From positions 32,001-96,000 of IMG/VR virus record IMGVR_UViG_3300045988_147330: a stretch of DNA of 64,000 nt; one strand, given 5' to 3'. Position 1 is the first letter of the stretch, and each line of letters opens with the position of its first letter. Below the pieces are notes generated by a model. That model worked only from the letters and a program-made list of their open reading frames with translations. It did no database searches and was not told the origin of the DNA. Of this stretch, positions 24,714 through 34,924 are shown piece after piece. The translations under genes and the position numbers were made by a program. This stretch comes from a virus.

Positions 24714-24753
24714 CAAAATATTTTTGTGAAATAAATATATCTACTTTTGCGTT

Positions 24754-25482
24754 ATGAAAAATAACATTAATCCTTGGGAAGTGTTTGATGAGATTGAATG
24801 TTCCCATAATCCTGAATATATTGTTTGTGTGTCACATCTTAGACATTACACGAATATTTTTGGCATAGACAAAAGGCTTGTAGACTTTCTTGGAATGGAA
24901 AAGAATACAATATTAGATATCGAAACATTTTGTTTTGGCGGAATGGATGTTTTCGGAATAAAAGAAGATTGTGTATCTGTAATAGAAGATTGTAAAAGAC
25001 AAAGGGAAGCAAAGAAAGAAGCCTTGGAGAAAAACAGGAAATTGATAGCCATGCTAAAATTGAAACGTGAAAATATGTGCGGCATAGGTACAAGAAAGGT
25101 GAAATTACTGCTTAATAAAAAGATAAAACAAGGAGATTTTACAGCTAAAATTTACCGTGTTGCATTGGAATTACAAGATTATAATATAAAGGCTAAAGGT
25201 GCTCCGTTTCCTTACTCGGAAAAGATGTATGCAAAGAAAGAAGATTTGATTGATAAACTTATCGAATTATACAAAAATATACAACTACCTTTTGGTCGTT
25301 CAGAGGATAAAAATAAAAGAGTTTCTTTTATCGTATATTTTGATCTTCCTTTAGGTAATCAAATTAGTTTTCATTCTACAATAAAAAGAGATATACCTCT
25401 ATACGGGAAAGAGTGGGATGGATTGGTAAACAGTACATTGGACAAGTTAGAAAAAGAAATAAAACAATACTTAAACATTTAA
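24754..25482 (+). CDS. hypothetical protein
   Basis: ORF with its own promoter box. Confidence 0.55.
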   Translation: MKNNINPWEVFDEIECSHNPEYIVCVSHLRHYTNIFGIDKRLVDFLGMEKNTILDIETFCFGGMDVFGIKEDCVSVIEDCKRQREAKKEALEKNRKLIAMLKLKRENMCGIGTRKVKLLLNKKIKQGDFTAKIYRVALELQDYNIKAKGAPFPYSEKMYAKKEDLIDKLIELYKNIQLPFGRSEDKNKRVSFIVYFDLPLGNQISFHSTIKRDIPLYGKEWDGLVNSTLDKLEKEIKQYLNI

Positions 25483-25484
25483 TC

Positions 25485-26408
25485 ATGGGAAAGAATTTAC
25501 TTAATAACGATGGTAAAATTGCCTTGTTTCACGAAACGATAAGGCTTGACTTTAATCTGCCTAAATACTCCGTTATAGAGCAGAAAGATCCTAATCCAAG
25601 TGTAATGTCTTATGATTTTCTTAAACAGTACATGGAAAACAATGATAAGGAAGGAGTCGCGGAATTTAATCTTACCGTTTCACCGACAATGCTTGATTCT
25701 GTAAAAACAAACCAGGAGCACAATCAGGTAAGAACCTCTCTTTTTGACAGAAAACACAAGGAAAGTTCATGGTTGAAAAAAGTTAAGGATTATGTAGACG
25801 AATACAGAAGATCCAAGTTTGACGTAATACATTTCTTTTCTGAGGTTAAGATACAGACAGAGAACGAGATGAAGCAATACAGGGATAGGATAAAAGACTA
25901 TATACTGATGCTAGGTTATGCTGAAAGGTCCGGTCAATATGCCTTAAAAGAAAAGCTATTCCGAAACATGGTGATATGCAAATACGAAAGCATATTGTTT
26001 AGCAAAGGATTATACAAGGCTATATCAGAGGAAAATATTATGAAGTTTGCAAAAGGATGCCCGAAAAATCTATGCCTTGATTATATTTCTGACTATACTA
26101 GAATCATACCGTTTGACATAATTAGGAAAAAGACGGATATAGACAAATATGAAATCTTTGATAATTATGTTATCCTACACTACGATTTTGATAACAACGG
26201 AACAGATTTACCGTCTGACAAGAAAAAAGAAGAGGTGGAAAAAAGAAAAGACCCTATTCTGTTTGGTGTTATTGCAGGAAGTAACAAACTATACTTTATA
26301 GGTGATTGGATTGATGAGTATTGCGATTTGAGGTTCGATGATGTGGTAAAACAATGCACGGACGATTTCTTGTCAGAAAACATTTCTTTGGATGGTCTTG
26401 CAAAATAG
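25485..26408 (+). CDS. hypothetical protein
   Basis: ORF track 25413..26408; ATG at 25485 directly after the upstream stop. Confidence 0.55.
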   Translation: MGKNLLNNDGKIALFHETIRLDFNLPKYSVIEQKDPNPSVMSYDFLKQYMENNDKEGVAEFNLTVSPTMLDSVKTNQEHNQVRTSLFDRKHKESSWLKKVKDYVDEYRRSKFDVIHFFSEVKIQTENEMKQYRDRIKDYILMLGYAERSGQYALKEKLFRNMVICKYESILFSKGLYKAISEENIMKFAKGCPKNLCLDYISDYTRIIPFDIIRKKTDIDKYEIFDNYVILHYDFDNNGTDLPSDKKKEEVEKRKDPILFGVIAGSNKLYFIGDWIDEYCDLRFDDVVKQCTDDFLSENISLDGLAK

Positions 26409-26601
26409 CAATACAAAGCCTTGCAGAAACGGAGAGTATTGCTGCTGTCGCTGCAAGCATAGATACACGGTTATTGTAGATGGTTTGTTTGTTGGATATG
26501 TCTGCTATATTCCTTGGTTTGAAAAAAACGTTGCCATGAAGATAAGAAACAGCGGACATGATATGTGTGAAGGATTTGAGATGGTTGATAACAAACTTTA
26601 A
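26392..26601 (+). CDS. hypothetical Cys-rich protein
   Basis: Only plus-strand ORF filling the gap; weak. Confidence 0.35.
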   Translation: MVLQNSNTKPCRNGEYCCCRCKHRYTVIVDGLFVGYVCYIPWFEKNVAMKIRNSGHDMCEGFEMVDNKL

Positions 26602-26634
26602 CCTTTTATTCTTCTCACATATCCCATTTCGTGA

Positions 26635-26642
26635 TACCTTTG
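26635..26642 (+). promoter_or_regulatory. Bacteroidota-type -7 box (TACCTTTG)
   Basis: Exact TAnnTTTG 23 nt upstream of the ATG at 26665. Confidence 0.45.
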
Positions 26643-26664
26643 CCAAATACAATTTTTTTTTATC

Positions 26665-27138
26665 ATGGCTGAGGAGAAACGATCTGCGGAAGAAAAGAAA
26701 ATGCAGAAAGATATAGTAGTTAGTTACAGGAACGAGAAAGAAGGTAAAGGATGCAGGGGATTGCTTGTGGCATTTTTTTCCGAACTTCTTCATCCTGCTG
26801 TAAGCGGTAACAAGTCGGCTGAATTTCGTGCCCTTGGAGCCAAGAAAAGTATGCCTGATCTTGCTTATATACATGATGGAAAGATATATGGCATAGAGCT
26901 TAAGATGCCAGACAGTAATCATGACAGGAATCATATAATAGAACAGGCTGACGTGATGGCTACATACTTCTTTAGAGGATATTTTGTGTGGTCAAAAGAA
27001 ATGCTATGGAATATACTTGATTCTATAGAACGTGGTCAACCTATAATGTCAAATACTCTACAAATAAAGGACTATTGTATGCATAACAGCACTACAAAAG
27101 TAAGTTTTGAAAAAATAATTAAAGAGCTGTTTCAATGA
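26665..27138 (+). CDS. VRR-NUC-like PD-(D/E)xK nuclease
   Basis: KSMPDLAYIHDGKIYGIELKMP...IIEQ pattern. Confidence 0.5.
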   Translation: MAEEKRSAEEKKMQKDIVVSYRNEKEGKGCRGLLVAFFSELLHPAVSGNKSAEFRALGAKKSMPDLAYIHDGKIYGIELKMPDSNHDRNHIIEQADVMATYFFRGYFVWSKEMLWNILDSIERGQPIMSNTLQIKDYCMHNSTTKVSFEKIIKELFQ

Positions 27139-27449
27139 AAGTTATATATAACAAAATTATTCCATTCAAGGGGTACAAGTGTATAAATTTGTTTGGAGTT
27201 CTTTTCGTAAGAAAAGGATGTACGATGAGTGAAAGCGATTACAATCACGAAGCGATTCATACAAAACAAATGAAAGAGCTTTTGTATGTTCCGTTTTACA
27301 TTTTGTATCTTTTGGAATGGCTGTACAGGCTTACACAAAAAGGTAATGCGTATAGAAACATATCGTTTGAGAAGGAAGCCTATAATAACGAGAACGATAT
27401 GGATTACATTGATAAAAGAGGACATTTTTCTTGGATTGAATACATTTGA
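27135..27449 (+). CDS. hypothetical protein with HExxH motif
   Basis: NHEAIHTKQ. Confidence 0.45.
   Translation: MKVIYNKIIPFKGYKCINLFGVLFVRKGCTMSESDYNHEAIHTKQMKELLYVPFYILYLLEWLYRLTQKGNAYRNISFEKEAYNNENDMDYIDKRGHFSWIEYI
27441..27448 (+). promoter_or_regulatory. Bacteroidota-type -7 box (TACATTTG)
   Basis: Exact TAnnTTTG 13 nt upstream of the ATG at 27461. Confidence 0.35.
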
Positions 27450-27460
27450 ATTTTACATTT

Positions 27461-28624
27461 ATGAATAAGATAGTTTTTGATAGAAAAGTTTTATATTCAA
27501 CGTTAAACTCAGCCAAAGCCTGTCTTTCCGATACAGGCTTGACGATATTGAAATGTTTCCGTTTTAAATATGTAGCATCAGAAAATTCAATAGAGGTTAC
27601 TTCATACAATAACCTTAATGAGATGCGTTTGATCATTCCAGTTGTTGATTCAGACTGCAATGACGGGCAGGAGTTTGCAGTAGACGGAATAAGACTTGTA
27701 AAGCTGCTCAAAACAGTAAAGGATTCCATTGTTACGGTAAAGATATATGATAAGGATATAATATTCTCTTACAATGGCAGTGAAGCGTCTTTCTTTGCAG
27801 AAGATGTGGAATCTTATCCTGATATTAAAATAGGTAAGCGTGGTACCGGGATAAGGGTCAACGTGAACAGGAATGATCTGTATAGAGCATTAAAAAGGAA
27901 CATAGGATTTAATGATATCAGTGACGTTGTGACCAGTCTTAGTGGAGTGGGGATAAATTTTATTTGTTCCAATAATTGCATTGATATATGTTCGTCCGAT
28001 AAGATTGTATTTGTAAGAGATGTTATAGAATGTCAGCCGGATATATCAAAGGACTTGTGCATAAATGTAATGCCTACTTCGGTAAAGGAAGCGTTATCCT
28101 TTCTTGAAATGTTGTCAGAAGAAAATGTAACTGTTTCTGTATCTGATGATGAAAGGGTGATGTCTATATCTTATGGGGATTTCGGGTCTGTCTTTAATTG
28201 TACTCTGATGGAGGTTAAGTTTGTAAACTACCTGCCATTGGTAAATAATATAAAATCAAACTTTAATTACTTTATTAAAGCAAGAACTAGCGACTTGATA
28301 GATTCCCTTTCAAGAATAAAGGTAATGTCAGATGTATATAACATATCACATTTTGTTTGCAGGGAGGGAGATAATAAAATGGATATAACATACACAAATG
28401 ATGCAGGATATAAAATATCGGAAAATGTCGGAATTGAAGGATATTGTCAAGGGCGTTTTGATTGCAATCTGAATATTGAAAAGATGATTAACGCATTGAA
28501 GGTATTTCCTGGGGATTATGTTACATTGGCATATACCAATCCTGATAATAATGCTCCTATATGTATCATTAACGAAGAGGGAGATTATAAATTAATGGGC
28601 GTAGTAAACATTTTTAAGAGTTGA
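27461..28624 (+). CDS. DNA polymerase III beta sliding-clamp homolog
   Basis: Length of about 387 aa and an N-terminal pattern (IVFDRKVLYSTLNSAKACL...ILKCFRF...IEVTSYN...FAVDGIRLVKLLKTV...FFAEDVESYPDI) typical of DnaN. Confidence 0.65.
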   Translation: MNKIVFDRKVLYSTLNSAKACLSDTGLTILKCFRFKYVASENSIEVTSYNNLNEMRLIIPVVDSDCNDGQEFAVDGIRLVKLLKTVKDSIVTVKIYDKDIIFSYNGSEASFFAEDVESYPDIKIGKRGTGIRVNVNRNDLYRALKRNIGFNDISDVVTSLSGVGINFICSNNCIDICSSDKIVFVRDVIECQPDISKDLCINVMPTSVKEALSFLEMLSEENVTVSVSDDERVMSISYGDFGSVFNCTLMEVKFVNYLPLVNNIKSNFNYFIKARTSDLIDSLSRIKVMSDVYNISHFVCREGDNKMDITYTNDAGYKISENVGIEGYCQGRFDCNLNIEKMINALKVFPGDYVTLAYTNPDNNAPICIINEEGDYKLMGVVNIFKS

Positions 28625-28660
28625 TAACTATCGTTTAACCTATCGAATATACCGTTTTAT

Positions 28661-28668
28661 TATTTTTG
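28661..28668 (+). promoter_or_regulatory. Bacteroidota-type -7 box (TATTTTTG)
   Basis: Exact TAnnTTTG 20 nt upstream of the integrase ATG. Confidence 0.5.
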
Positions 28669-28687
28669 CAACAAAAACATATAAGAC

Positions 28688-29767
28688 ATGGAAGATAAAG
28701 AAAAAACAATTCAGATTCTCGCTGAAACAATAGATAGGTTAAACAAGACGATAGAATCACAGAACAGGTTGATTGAGGATTTAAAAAACAGGCTTGAAAC
28801 AATTCAGAACGAATATAGCCCTTCAATTATGACTGTAGGCGTATTGATAGAAAAGTTGAATAATACAAAAACAAGAAGCGGAAAGGTAAGATATGAAGCA
28901 TTATCTAAACATATTATGCCATATCTTACCAATAATAGTTATGATGAATATGATTTTAATGATGTAATTCCTACTTTTAAGGAAATACCTTCTTTAGAAA
29001 GACCTGTTAGTCGTGATATGATAGATGATATGGTAAATGTAATTAAGTCAAAAAGGCGTGTAAGTGAATCATCTCAGAAATCATATCTATTAATGCTTAA
29101 ACGTATATTCTCAGAATCAAAAGATATGAGCGAATACATCAATGATTATATTGTATCACTTAACGTTAAATCTCCATCAAATATATCCCTTACAGAAGAA
29201 GAAATAGAACTTTTCTGGAATGTAGAACCATTTGATGTTACAGAAGAAATGGTAAAAAAATTATTTCTTATTCAATGCTACACAGCTATGAGATATTCTG
29301 ATATTTTCAGATTGAAGGATTCTATGATGAATAATAATGATAATGTTATTTCATATATATCTAAGAAAACTGGGAAAGTTGTAGAAGTACCTGTTCCGTC
29401 TAAAATAATTGAAATGATAAAGGAAGTAAGATCATTTGATAAATACAATATAGAATCAACCTTAAAGACTACTATGAATGAAATACTTCCAACATTAGGA
29501 TGTAGGGCTGGTATAAATAATCAGGTGTTTGTAAGAAGAGCTAACGTTCTTATGAAAGGTCCTAAATATCAGTTTATAAAAACACATACAGGACGTAGAA
29601 CTGCTATTACAAGATGGGCTAATATGGGAATACCAGAGGCCGAATTAAAATCTATGGCTGGGCATTCTGATATTAGGACCACAAATAGATATATTACTGC
29701 AAGTATATCAAATAAAACAAAGAAAATTTTAACAGATGATATATATGAAACAGGTATTGTCGATTGA
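28688..29767 (+). CDS. tyrosine recombinase / phage integrase
   Basis: TAMRYSDIFRL (Arg I), HTGRRTAITRWAN (HxxR), GHSDIRTTNRYI (His-Tyr). Confidence 0.85.
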   Translation: MEDKEKTIQILAETIDRLNKTIESQNRLIEDLKNRLETIQNEYSPSIMTVGVLIEKLNNTKTRSGKVRYEALSKHIMPYLTNNSYDEYDFNDVIPTFKEIPSLERPVSRDMIDDMVNVIKSKRRVSESSQKSYLLMLKRIFSESKDMSEYINDYIVSLNVKSPSNISLTEEEIELFWNVEPFDVTEEMVKKLFLIQCYTAMRYSDIFRLKDSMMNNNDNVISYISKKTGKVVEVPVPSKIIEMIKEVRSFDKYNIESTLKTTMNEILPTLGCRAGINNQVFVRRANVLMKGPKYQFIKTHTGRRTAITRWANMGIPEAELKSMAGHSDIRTTNRYITASISNKTKKILTDDIYETGIVD

Positions 29768-30134
29768 ACAGATGAAGAATTTGGGGGATCTTGGTATAGA
29801 TACAAGCAATGCAAGTATGACATGGATGTTGTATCCTTATGAAGAAGAAAAACAACCCAAATTAAGTTTACGTGAATGGAATACTTTCAAGGAACCATTT
29901 AGGATACAACATTGTATCCCTGCATTTACTTTGCTTGACGTTTTAGAATTGTTACCGAAAGAAATAAAAACAGGTACAAATAATTATTGGCTTGTAATGT
30001 CCCATGATAGCGAAAAATGGTATGTATGCTACTCGGAGTTTGACTACTATAAAGAATTTAGGTCTCATTCATTAATTGATGCGGCATACGATATGTTGTG
30101 TTGGTGTATCATAAATAAATTTATTAAGAAATAA
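29745..30134 (+). CDS. hypothetical protein, paralog of 4264..4722
   Basis: MKQVLSIEQMKNLGDLGIDTSNASM...AAYDMLCWCI. Confidence 0.6.
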   Translation: MKQVLSIEQMKNLGDLGIDTSNASMTWMLYPYEEEKQPKLSLREWNTFKEPFRIQHCIPAFTLLDVLELLPKEIKTGTNNYWLVMSHDSEKWYVCYSEFDYYKEFRSHSLIDAAYDMLCWCIINKFIKK

Positions 30135-30168
30135 TTTTACACATATTATTATCTTAAAACTAGCTAAC

Positions 30169-30344
30169 ATGCAATTAGTTTATAAATTTGACATCAATCA
30201 TTCTGACAGGCTTTGCGCTATCTGCCGTGTTACGAACAATCAAAAGTATTCGGTGATTCTTTTATGATAGCCGATAGTGGGCGTTGGTATCGCCCCGAAC
30301 GGATTAACGTTCTAAAATGTGTGTGAATACATGTACATTAATAC
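30169..30344 (+). repeat. TnpB-3'-end-derived repeat, copy C (5'-truncated, internal replacement as in copy D)
   Basis: atgcaattagtttataaatttgac...ccgtgttacgaacaatcaaaagtattcgg...acattaatac. Confidence 0.8.
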
Positions 30345-30450
30345 ATGACGGATTAAGCGTTCCAAGAAACAATTACCCCAAATGGGATAAGATGATTTTC
30401 AGAGATAAAGATAGTTTAATAAAATACTTAACAGAAAGTGAATAAATGGT

Positions 30451-30621
30451 ATGAATGAATTGGAACAAGATAAAAGATATGTTTTTGGAGATATGATTAT
30501 AGTAGCCAGTATTGATGCATATTCTAATCCTATCCTAAAAATTAGCACAGATGCAGGAAATGTGATTGTAATGCCATCATCCGATAATAAGATTATTGTA
30601 AAATCAACTACGGATAAATAA
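30451..30621 (+). CDS. hypothetical small protein (56 aa)
   Basis: Own translation MNELEQDKRYVFGDMIIVASIDAY... Confidence 0.35.
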   Translation: MNELEQDKRYVFGDMIIVASIDAYSNPILKISTDAGNVIVMPSSDNKIIVKSTTDK

Positions 30622-30631
30622 CAATTAACAA

Positions 30632-30892
30632 ATGAATGATATACTATTCAATAAAATAAAAAGAGCGAACAGCAAATATGCTGAATACTTATCAGCTTGC
30701 GATAAAGTGGCTAAAGCAGCCCAAAAGCATATAAACTGGAATGATGACGTAAGTTGTGCCTATATGCCTGGTGATGGTCTTTGTATAGAGATTGAAGGCC
30801 ATGTTTGCCCAGCTACAAGATTCTTTGAGCTACCTGAGATTATTGGGGATGATATGATTGATGAATATACATATCGAACTAATTGCATCTAA
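30632..30892 (+). CDS. hypothetical protein
   Basis: ORF in array. Confidence 0.5.
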   Translation: MNDILFNKIKRANSKYAEYLSACDKVAKAAQKHINWNDDVSCAYMPGDGLCIEIEGHVCPATRFFELPEIIGDDMIDEYTYRTNCI

Positions 30893-30909
30893 TTAAAAAC
30901 CGAATAAAA

Positions 30910-31257
30910 ATGAAGCAAATAGTGATTGGCGATAAGCCTTTAATGCAAATATCAGAAGAGGATATTTTGCAGGTTGCAGTAATTCAAGGATGCTGCGCTT
31001 GTCTTGACTATTGGAATTATCCAACTTTGACTGAGTATGATAATACCATGTTTAGATATTCAGTATTGTGTTCATACAAATCTACACGGAAAGAGGATAA
31101 TCGAGATAGTAGCGAACTTACTTTCTTTTTGGATACCAAAGATTTGTCCTACCACTATCATAGAGAGTGGTCAACAGAAAAATGGCATGGAGAACGTCTT
31201 GGGTTAAATACAATAAAGTTTTTGATTGAAAAGGGCTATGATGTGCCAATTTATTAA
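30910..31257 (+). CDS. hypothetical protein
   Basis: ORF track 30883 (TTG); ATG at 30910. Confidence 0.5.
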   Translation: MKQIVIGDKPLMQISEEDILQVAVIQGCCACLDYWNYPTLTEYDNTMFRYSVLCSYKSTRKEDNRDSSELTFFLDTKDLSYHYHREWSTEKWHGERLGLNTIKFLIEKGYDVPIY

Positions 31258-31294
31258 TTCAAATATAATTCAAAACAAATCAGAAAGGAATAAA

Positions 31295-32086
31295 ATGATA
31301 ATAGCTTGGTTTAGTTGCGGTGTAACATCCGCAGTAGCATGTAAGATAGCATTGAGCTTGTATAACGATGTACAACTCTATTATATCGAAACTGGTTCCG
31401 GGCATCCAGATAATGTCCGATTTATCTCAGATTGCGAGAGATGGTACGATCAGCCAATCCACACTATCCGAAGCGACAAATATACTTGTGTTGCTGATGT
31501 TTTACGGAAAGGTTATATTAACGGTGCGCATGGTGCTGCTTGTACTCTTGAGCTGAAAAAGAAAGTCCGTTATAAGTTGGAGAAGGAACTTGGTTCTTGG
31601 GATGGTCAAGTTTGGGGCTTCGACTTTGCCCCGAAAGAAATAAACCGCGCCATCCGCTTTAAGCAACAATATCCATATACAAAGCCGTTGTTCCCACTTA
31701 TTGAAAAGCAGATAACCAAGCAAGATGCAATGGGAATGCTTGGGAAAGTCGGCATTGAAATCCCTGCCATGTACAAGATGGGCTACAATAACAACAACTG
31801 TATCGGTTGTGTGAAAGGTGGCATGGGCTATTGGAATAAGATACGGAAGGATTTTCCGAAAGTGTTTGACCAGATGGCTAAGATTGAGCGTGATGTTGGA
31901 GCTACCTGCCTAAAGGATAAAGACGGTCGTATCTTCCTTGATGAACTACCAACGTGGCGGGGCGACCCAGTAGAAGAGATTATACCGGATTGCTCGCTTA
32001 TCTGCCAAATTGAATTTCAAGAGATTATCGACAGGCAGGTAGCACGAGTTTTGAAAGGAGAAATTAGTATTAACGATGTAGTCTGA
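31295..32086 (+). CDS. PP-loop ATP-pyrophosphatase / PAPS-reductase-family protein
   Basis: MIIAWFSCGVTSAVA PP-loop-like N-terminus; ATG at 31295. Confidence 0.55.
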   Translation: MIIAWFSCGVTSAVACKIALSLYNDVQLYYIETGSGHPDNVRFISDCERWYDQPIHTIRSDKYTCVADVLRKGYINGAHGAACTLELKKKVRYKLEKELGSWDGQVWGFDFAPKEINRAIRFKQQYPYTKPLFPLIEKQITKQDAMGMLGKVGIEIPAMYKMGYNNNNCIGCVKGGMGYWNKIRKDFPKVFDQMAKIERDVGATCLKDKDGRIFLDELPTWRGDPVEEIIPDCSLICQIEFQEIIDRQVARVLKGEISINDVV

Positions 32087-32118
32087 AAAGGCTCAAAACC
32101 GAACAGAAAGGAGCTAAT

Positions 32119-32343
32119 ATGTTTGAACCAAAAACAAAAACTATAACCCGTTGGGGGCTTACAATCCGAGGTACTGATGTGTATTTCCCTAAAAAGGAAA
32201 CAACTATAAATATTGGAAAATTGACATTAAAGATGAATCCGGAAACTCGAATGTTTGAAGAATATCGGCTTTGGGATTTAACCTCTGGTGTTCCTCAATT
32301 GATAGACGAACAGAGATTTGATAGAACAAGTTTAATTCAATAA
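32119..32343 (+). CDS. hypothetical protein
   Basis: ORF in array. Confidence 0.5.
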   Translation: MFEPKTKTITRWGLTIRGTDVYFPKKETTINIGKLTLKMNPETRMFEEYRLWDLTSGVPQLIDEQRFDRTSLIQ

Positions 32344-32352
32344 TGAACAAAT

Positions 32353-32559
32353 ATGAATACATTTTACATGGTATTTGTGGAAGGGTGTGCTACCCCAGCT
32401 TGCAAACATGATAGCTTGGATAGTGCGGAAAAAGAAGCGAAAAGGCTTGCAACTCTTTTAAAAAAGAAAGCATACGTTTTGTGTACTATAAAATCAGTTG
32501 AAGACACTCAATACAAAATTGAGGATTGCAGACCTAGTGGAAGTGATTTACCATTTTAA
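32353..32559 (+). CDS. hypothetical protein
   Basis: ORF in array. Confidence 0.5.
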   Translation: MNTFYMVFVEGCATPACKHDSLDSAEKEAKRLATLLKKKAYVLCTIKSVEDTQYKIEDCRPSGSDLPF

Positions 32560-32570
32560 TTTGAAAAGAA

Positions 32571-32759
32571 ATGAGTGAAAATAAAAGAACATGCCCAGAA
32601 TTTAAAAATGAAATGAAATATCCTAAAGTAAAGAAAAAGAAAAAAATTAAAAGAGATTGTCATAACTGTACTTTCTTTGCTGCATGCGCAGATAGATATC
32701 ACAGGAATGCTGTGGATTGCAAAAGGTTTAGATTTTGTTCTATGTGTAAAAGTACATAA
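32571..32759 (+). CDS. hypothetical Lys/Cys-rich protein
   Basis: ORF in array. Confidence 0.4.
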   Translation: MSENKRTCPEFKNEMKYPKVKKKKKIKRDCHNCTFFAACADRYHRNAVDCKRFRFCSMCKST

Positions 32760-32830
32760 AAATATAAGAAATGAGTAAAAAAACAATTTATTATCTATTC
32801 CTAGTAGCAATGTATATGCTGCTAGGATAG

Positions 32831-33091
32831 ATGGAAAGGAAAGATATGGATAAAGATAAATTTATAAGAGCAATAGAAATAAACAATAAAATAGAGGAAT
32901 ACAAAGATCATAAGATAACACTTGAAAAATCTAACATAAAATATGGTGGTGGATTGATATTCACATATAACCAAATGCACAATGATGTACCATTAAAGGA
33001 AGAACTTTTTGGTAAGAATTTCTTTCAGTGCTATCTGTATGCTTTGGATAGTAAAATAAAAGAATTACAAAAAGAGTTTGACGAATTATAA
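32831..33091 (+). CDS. hypothetical protein
   Basis: ORF in array. Confidence 0.5.
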   Translation: MERKDMDKDKFIRAIEINNKIEEYKDHKITLEKSNIKYGGGLIFTYNQMHNDVPLKEELFGKNFFQCYLYALDSKIKELQKEFDEL

Positions 33092-33146
33092 TAGAACAGA
33101 AATGAATTAAATAGCCTTGGACGGGCTTTGTAAAATCCATATTGAT

Positions 33147-33536
33147 ATGAAAAAGTACATTGGAACAAAATTAGTTCAAGCCACACCAGCAATTCGCAAG
33201 GGTGGAAAAATTTATCTACCTACTGATGCTATTCCAAGAACAATGGAACCAGTAGAAGAAGGTTATAAGGTGGTGTATGAAGACGGTTATGAAAGCTGGT
33301 CCCCTAAAGATGTCTTTGAGAAGGCTTATCACGTGGCTGATACCCCTCTTGACCGTATGTATATCGAATATAATGAGTTGATGGACAAACATAATAAGTT
33401 AGTCCTGTTTCTTGGTCGAAAAGATGCTGTTGAAATAGCTGGTGAAGATCAGGTTGCTTTAATGGAAAGGCAAAAAATACAGATGCACGACTATCTTATT
33501 ACCTTGAAAGATCGCATTGACTTAATGAAGAAATAA
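33147..33536 (+). CDS. hypothetical protein
   Basis: ATG at 33147 (MKKYIGTKLVQATPA). Confidence 0.55.
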   Translation: MKKYIGTKLVQATPAIRKGGKIYLPTDAIPRTMEPVEEGYKVVYEDGYESWSPKDVFEKAYHVADTPLDRMYIEYNELMDKHNKLVLFLGRKDAVEIAGEDQVALMERQKIQMHDYLITLKDRIDLMKK

Positions 33537-33601
33537 ATATTGGCCATACGGTGGTTGAATGTCTGCCGTATGGCTCAAAACTAGATCAGAAGGAGGTAAT
33601 T

Positions 33602-33889
33602 ATGGGATCATTTATAGCCCAACAGCCAAACGGCTTATATTGTAGGTTTAGTACAATTGTTGATACAGTCACGCACTACAATATGACAAAAGATGATTAC
33701 ATAGAAGTATGCAAAGACCGATTAGGAAAAAAACGTGGAGAAGAAGAGGCTAATGATATTTTAAAAAACGATCTGCACCCTTTTAACGATGTTCTTGAAC
33801 GATTCATTCCTAATAATGATTCGGTTGAAGAGTTTAATATCCGCTTGAAAGAAATGGGATATATGGATGAGTTTAAGTTTAATGGATAA
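33602..33889 (+). CDS. hypothetical protein
   Basis: ATG at 33602 preceded by aggagg. Confidence 0.5.
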   Translation: MGSFIAQQPNGLYCRFSTIVDTVTHYNMTKDDYIEVCKDRLGKKRGEEEANDILKNDLHPFNDVLERFIPNNDSVEEFNIRLKEMGYMDEFKFNG

Positions 33890-34142
33890 TCCTCAAAACG
33901 GAACAAATATGAATGAAGTTAGAAAGCTATATAACGATGATGGATGCGTTCTTAAAGAGGCGTCTAGCAATGACTATGAATCATGGAGTTCAGCAAGAAC
34001 ACTTGGTCCTACGGAAAGAAGGGAAGAATACAGAAACCTATGTTATAATTTTGAATATGAGTGGGGAACTAATATCCCTCACTGTGCAAAGAAAGGTGTA
34101 TGTGATGAGGATTGTGAATACATGAAAAATTTTAAAGGATAA
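33882..34142 (+). CDS. hypothetical protein
   Basis: Start uncertain (33867, 33882 or 33909). Confidence 0.45.
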   Translation: MDNPQNGTNMNEVRKLYNDDGCVLKEASSNDYESWSSARTLGPTERREEYRNLCYNFEYEWGTNIPHCAKKGVCDEDCEYMKNFKG

Positions 34143-34145
34143 GAT

Positions 34146-34529
34146 ATGAAACAGACAGTAGAAGAAGCGGCAAGAGAGCACCAAACGCATTTTGAAATAT
34201 GTGATGCCGAAGGTACAATAAGTGGATTTATTAATGGAGTGCATAAACAGAGTTATGAATCTTTTATTTCTGGTGCAGAATGGCAGTCAAAGCAATCCCC
34301 TTGGATAAGTGTGAAAGAACGGTTGCCGGAAGAAAACAAAGAATATTTAGTCGTTCTTGACAATAGAGTGGTATACGTAGCTCAATATAATAAGAATAAT
34401 AAATCTTGGCTCATATATGGAACTGGATATACTTATAATGTTGTCGCTTATATGCCCATCCCATCTTTCGATGAAATACTCGAAGCGAACAGGGATGTAC
34501 TAGAACGGATTAAAGATAAAGGAGATTGA
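34146..34529 (+). CDS. DUF551-like protein
   Basis: WISVKERLPEENKEYLVV pattern. Confidence 0.55.
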   Translation: MKQTVEEAAREHQTHFEICDAEGTISGFINGVHKQSYESFISGAEWQSKQSPWISVKERLPEENKEYLVVLDNRVVYVAQYNKNNKSWLIYGTGYTYNVVAYMPIPSFDEILEANRDVLERIKDKGD

Positions 34530-34532
34530 GAT

Positions 34533-34679
34533 ATGGATAAGGAAGAATTAACCATTAGCTTAGCGGAAGCATATAGGGAGATATATCTATTAAAGTTGAT
34601 TAATATCAAGCTAAGGAAACATGTAGACGAACTTACTGGGTATATTCAAGAATTTTCACCTGTATTTACTAAAGAATAA
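34533..34679 (+). CDS. hypothetical small protein (48 aa)
   Basis: Own translation MDKEELTISLAEAYREIYLLK... Confidence 0.35.
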   Translation: MDKEELTISLAEAYREIYLLKLINIKLRKHVDELTGYIQEFSPVFTKE

Positions 34680-34735
34680 AAATATGTATAATAATAGATA
34701 CTTTCATTATTGGAATAAACTAGTAAGACCATACA

Positions 34736-34766
34736 GATAGGGAGTAAAATCCCTATCTTTTCTTTT
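34736..34766 (+). terminator. intrinsic terminator at the convergence point of the two arms
   Basis: GATAGGGA-gtaaaa-TCCCTATC followed by ttttctttt. Confidence 0.6.
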
Positions 34767-34917
34767 CATACTTCCTTTTCATTTTTCTTCTTTCCACTCG
34801 TGACATACCCATATTTTGCGCAATGCCAAACAGTATTTCTTTTTCTGAATCAGTAAGCATATCATACACTTCTTCCTTGCTTTTTCCGCTAATCATAGCC
34901 ATAAATATCTTTTTCAT
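34753..34917 (-). CDS. hypothetical small protein (54 aa)
   Basis: Own translation MKKIFMAMISGKSKEEVYDMLTDSEKEILFGIAQNMGMSRVERRKMKRKYEKKR. Confidence 0.35.
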   Translation of the reverse strand: MKKIFMAMISGKSKEEVYDMLTDSEKEILFGIAQNMGMSRVERRKMKRKYEKKR

Positions 34918-34924
34918 AATATGT

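Noticed and set aside
24742-24749. Second exact TAnnTTTG box (TACTTTTG) before 24754
   Set aside because: It ends only 4 nt before the ATG, so the transcript would start inside the ORF. The upstream box at 24706-24713 is the better candidate.
26296-26934. 212-aa minus-strand ORF
   Set aside because: It is antisense to two plus-strand genes in a strictly plus-strand array. Its product looks like low-information antisense translation, and there is no promoter box or coupling.
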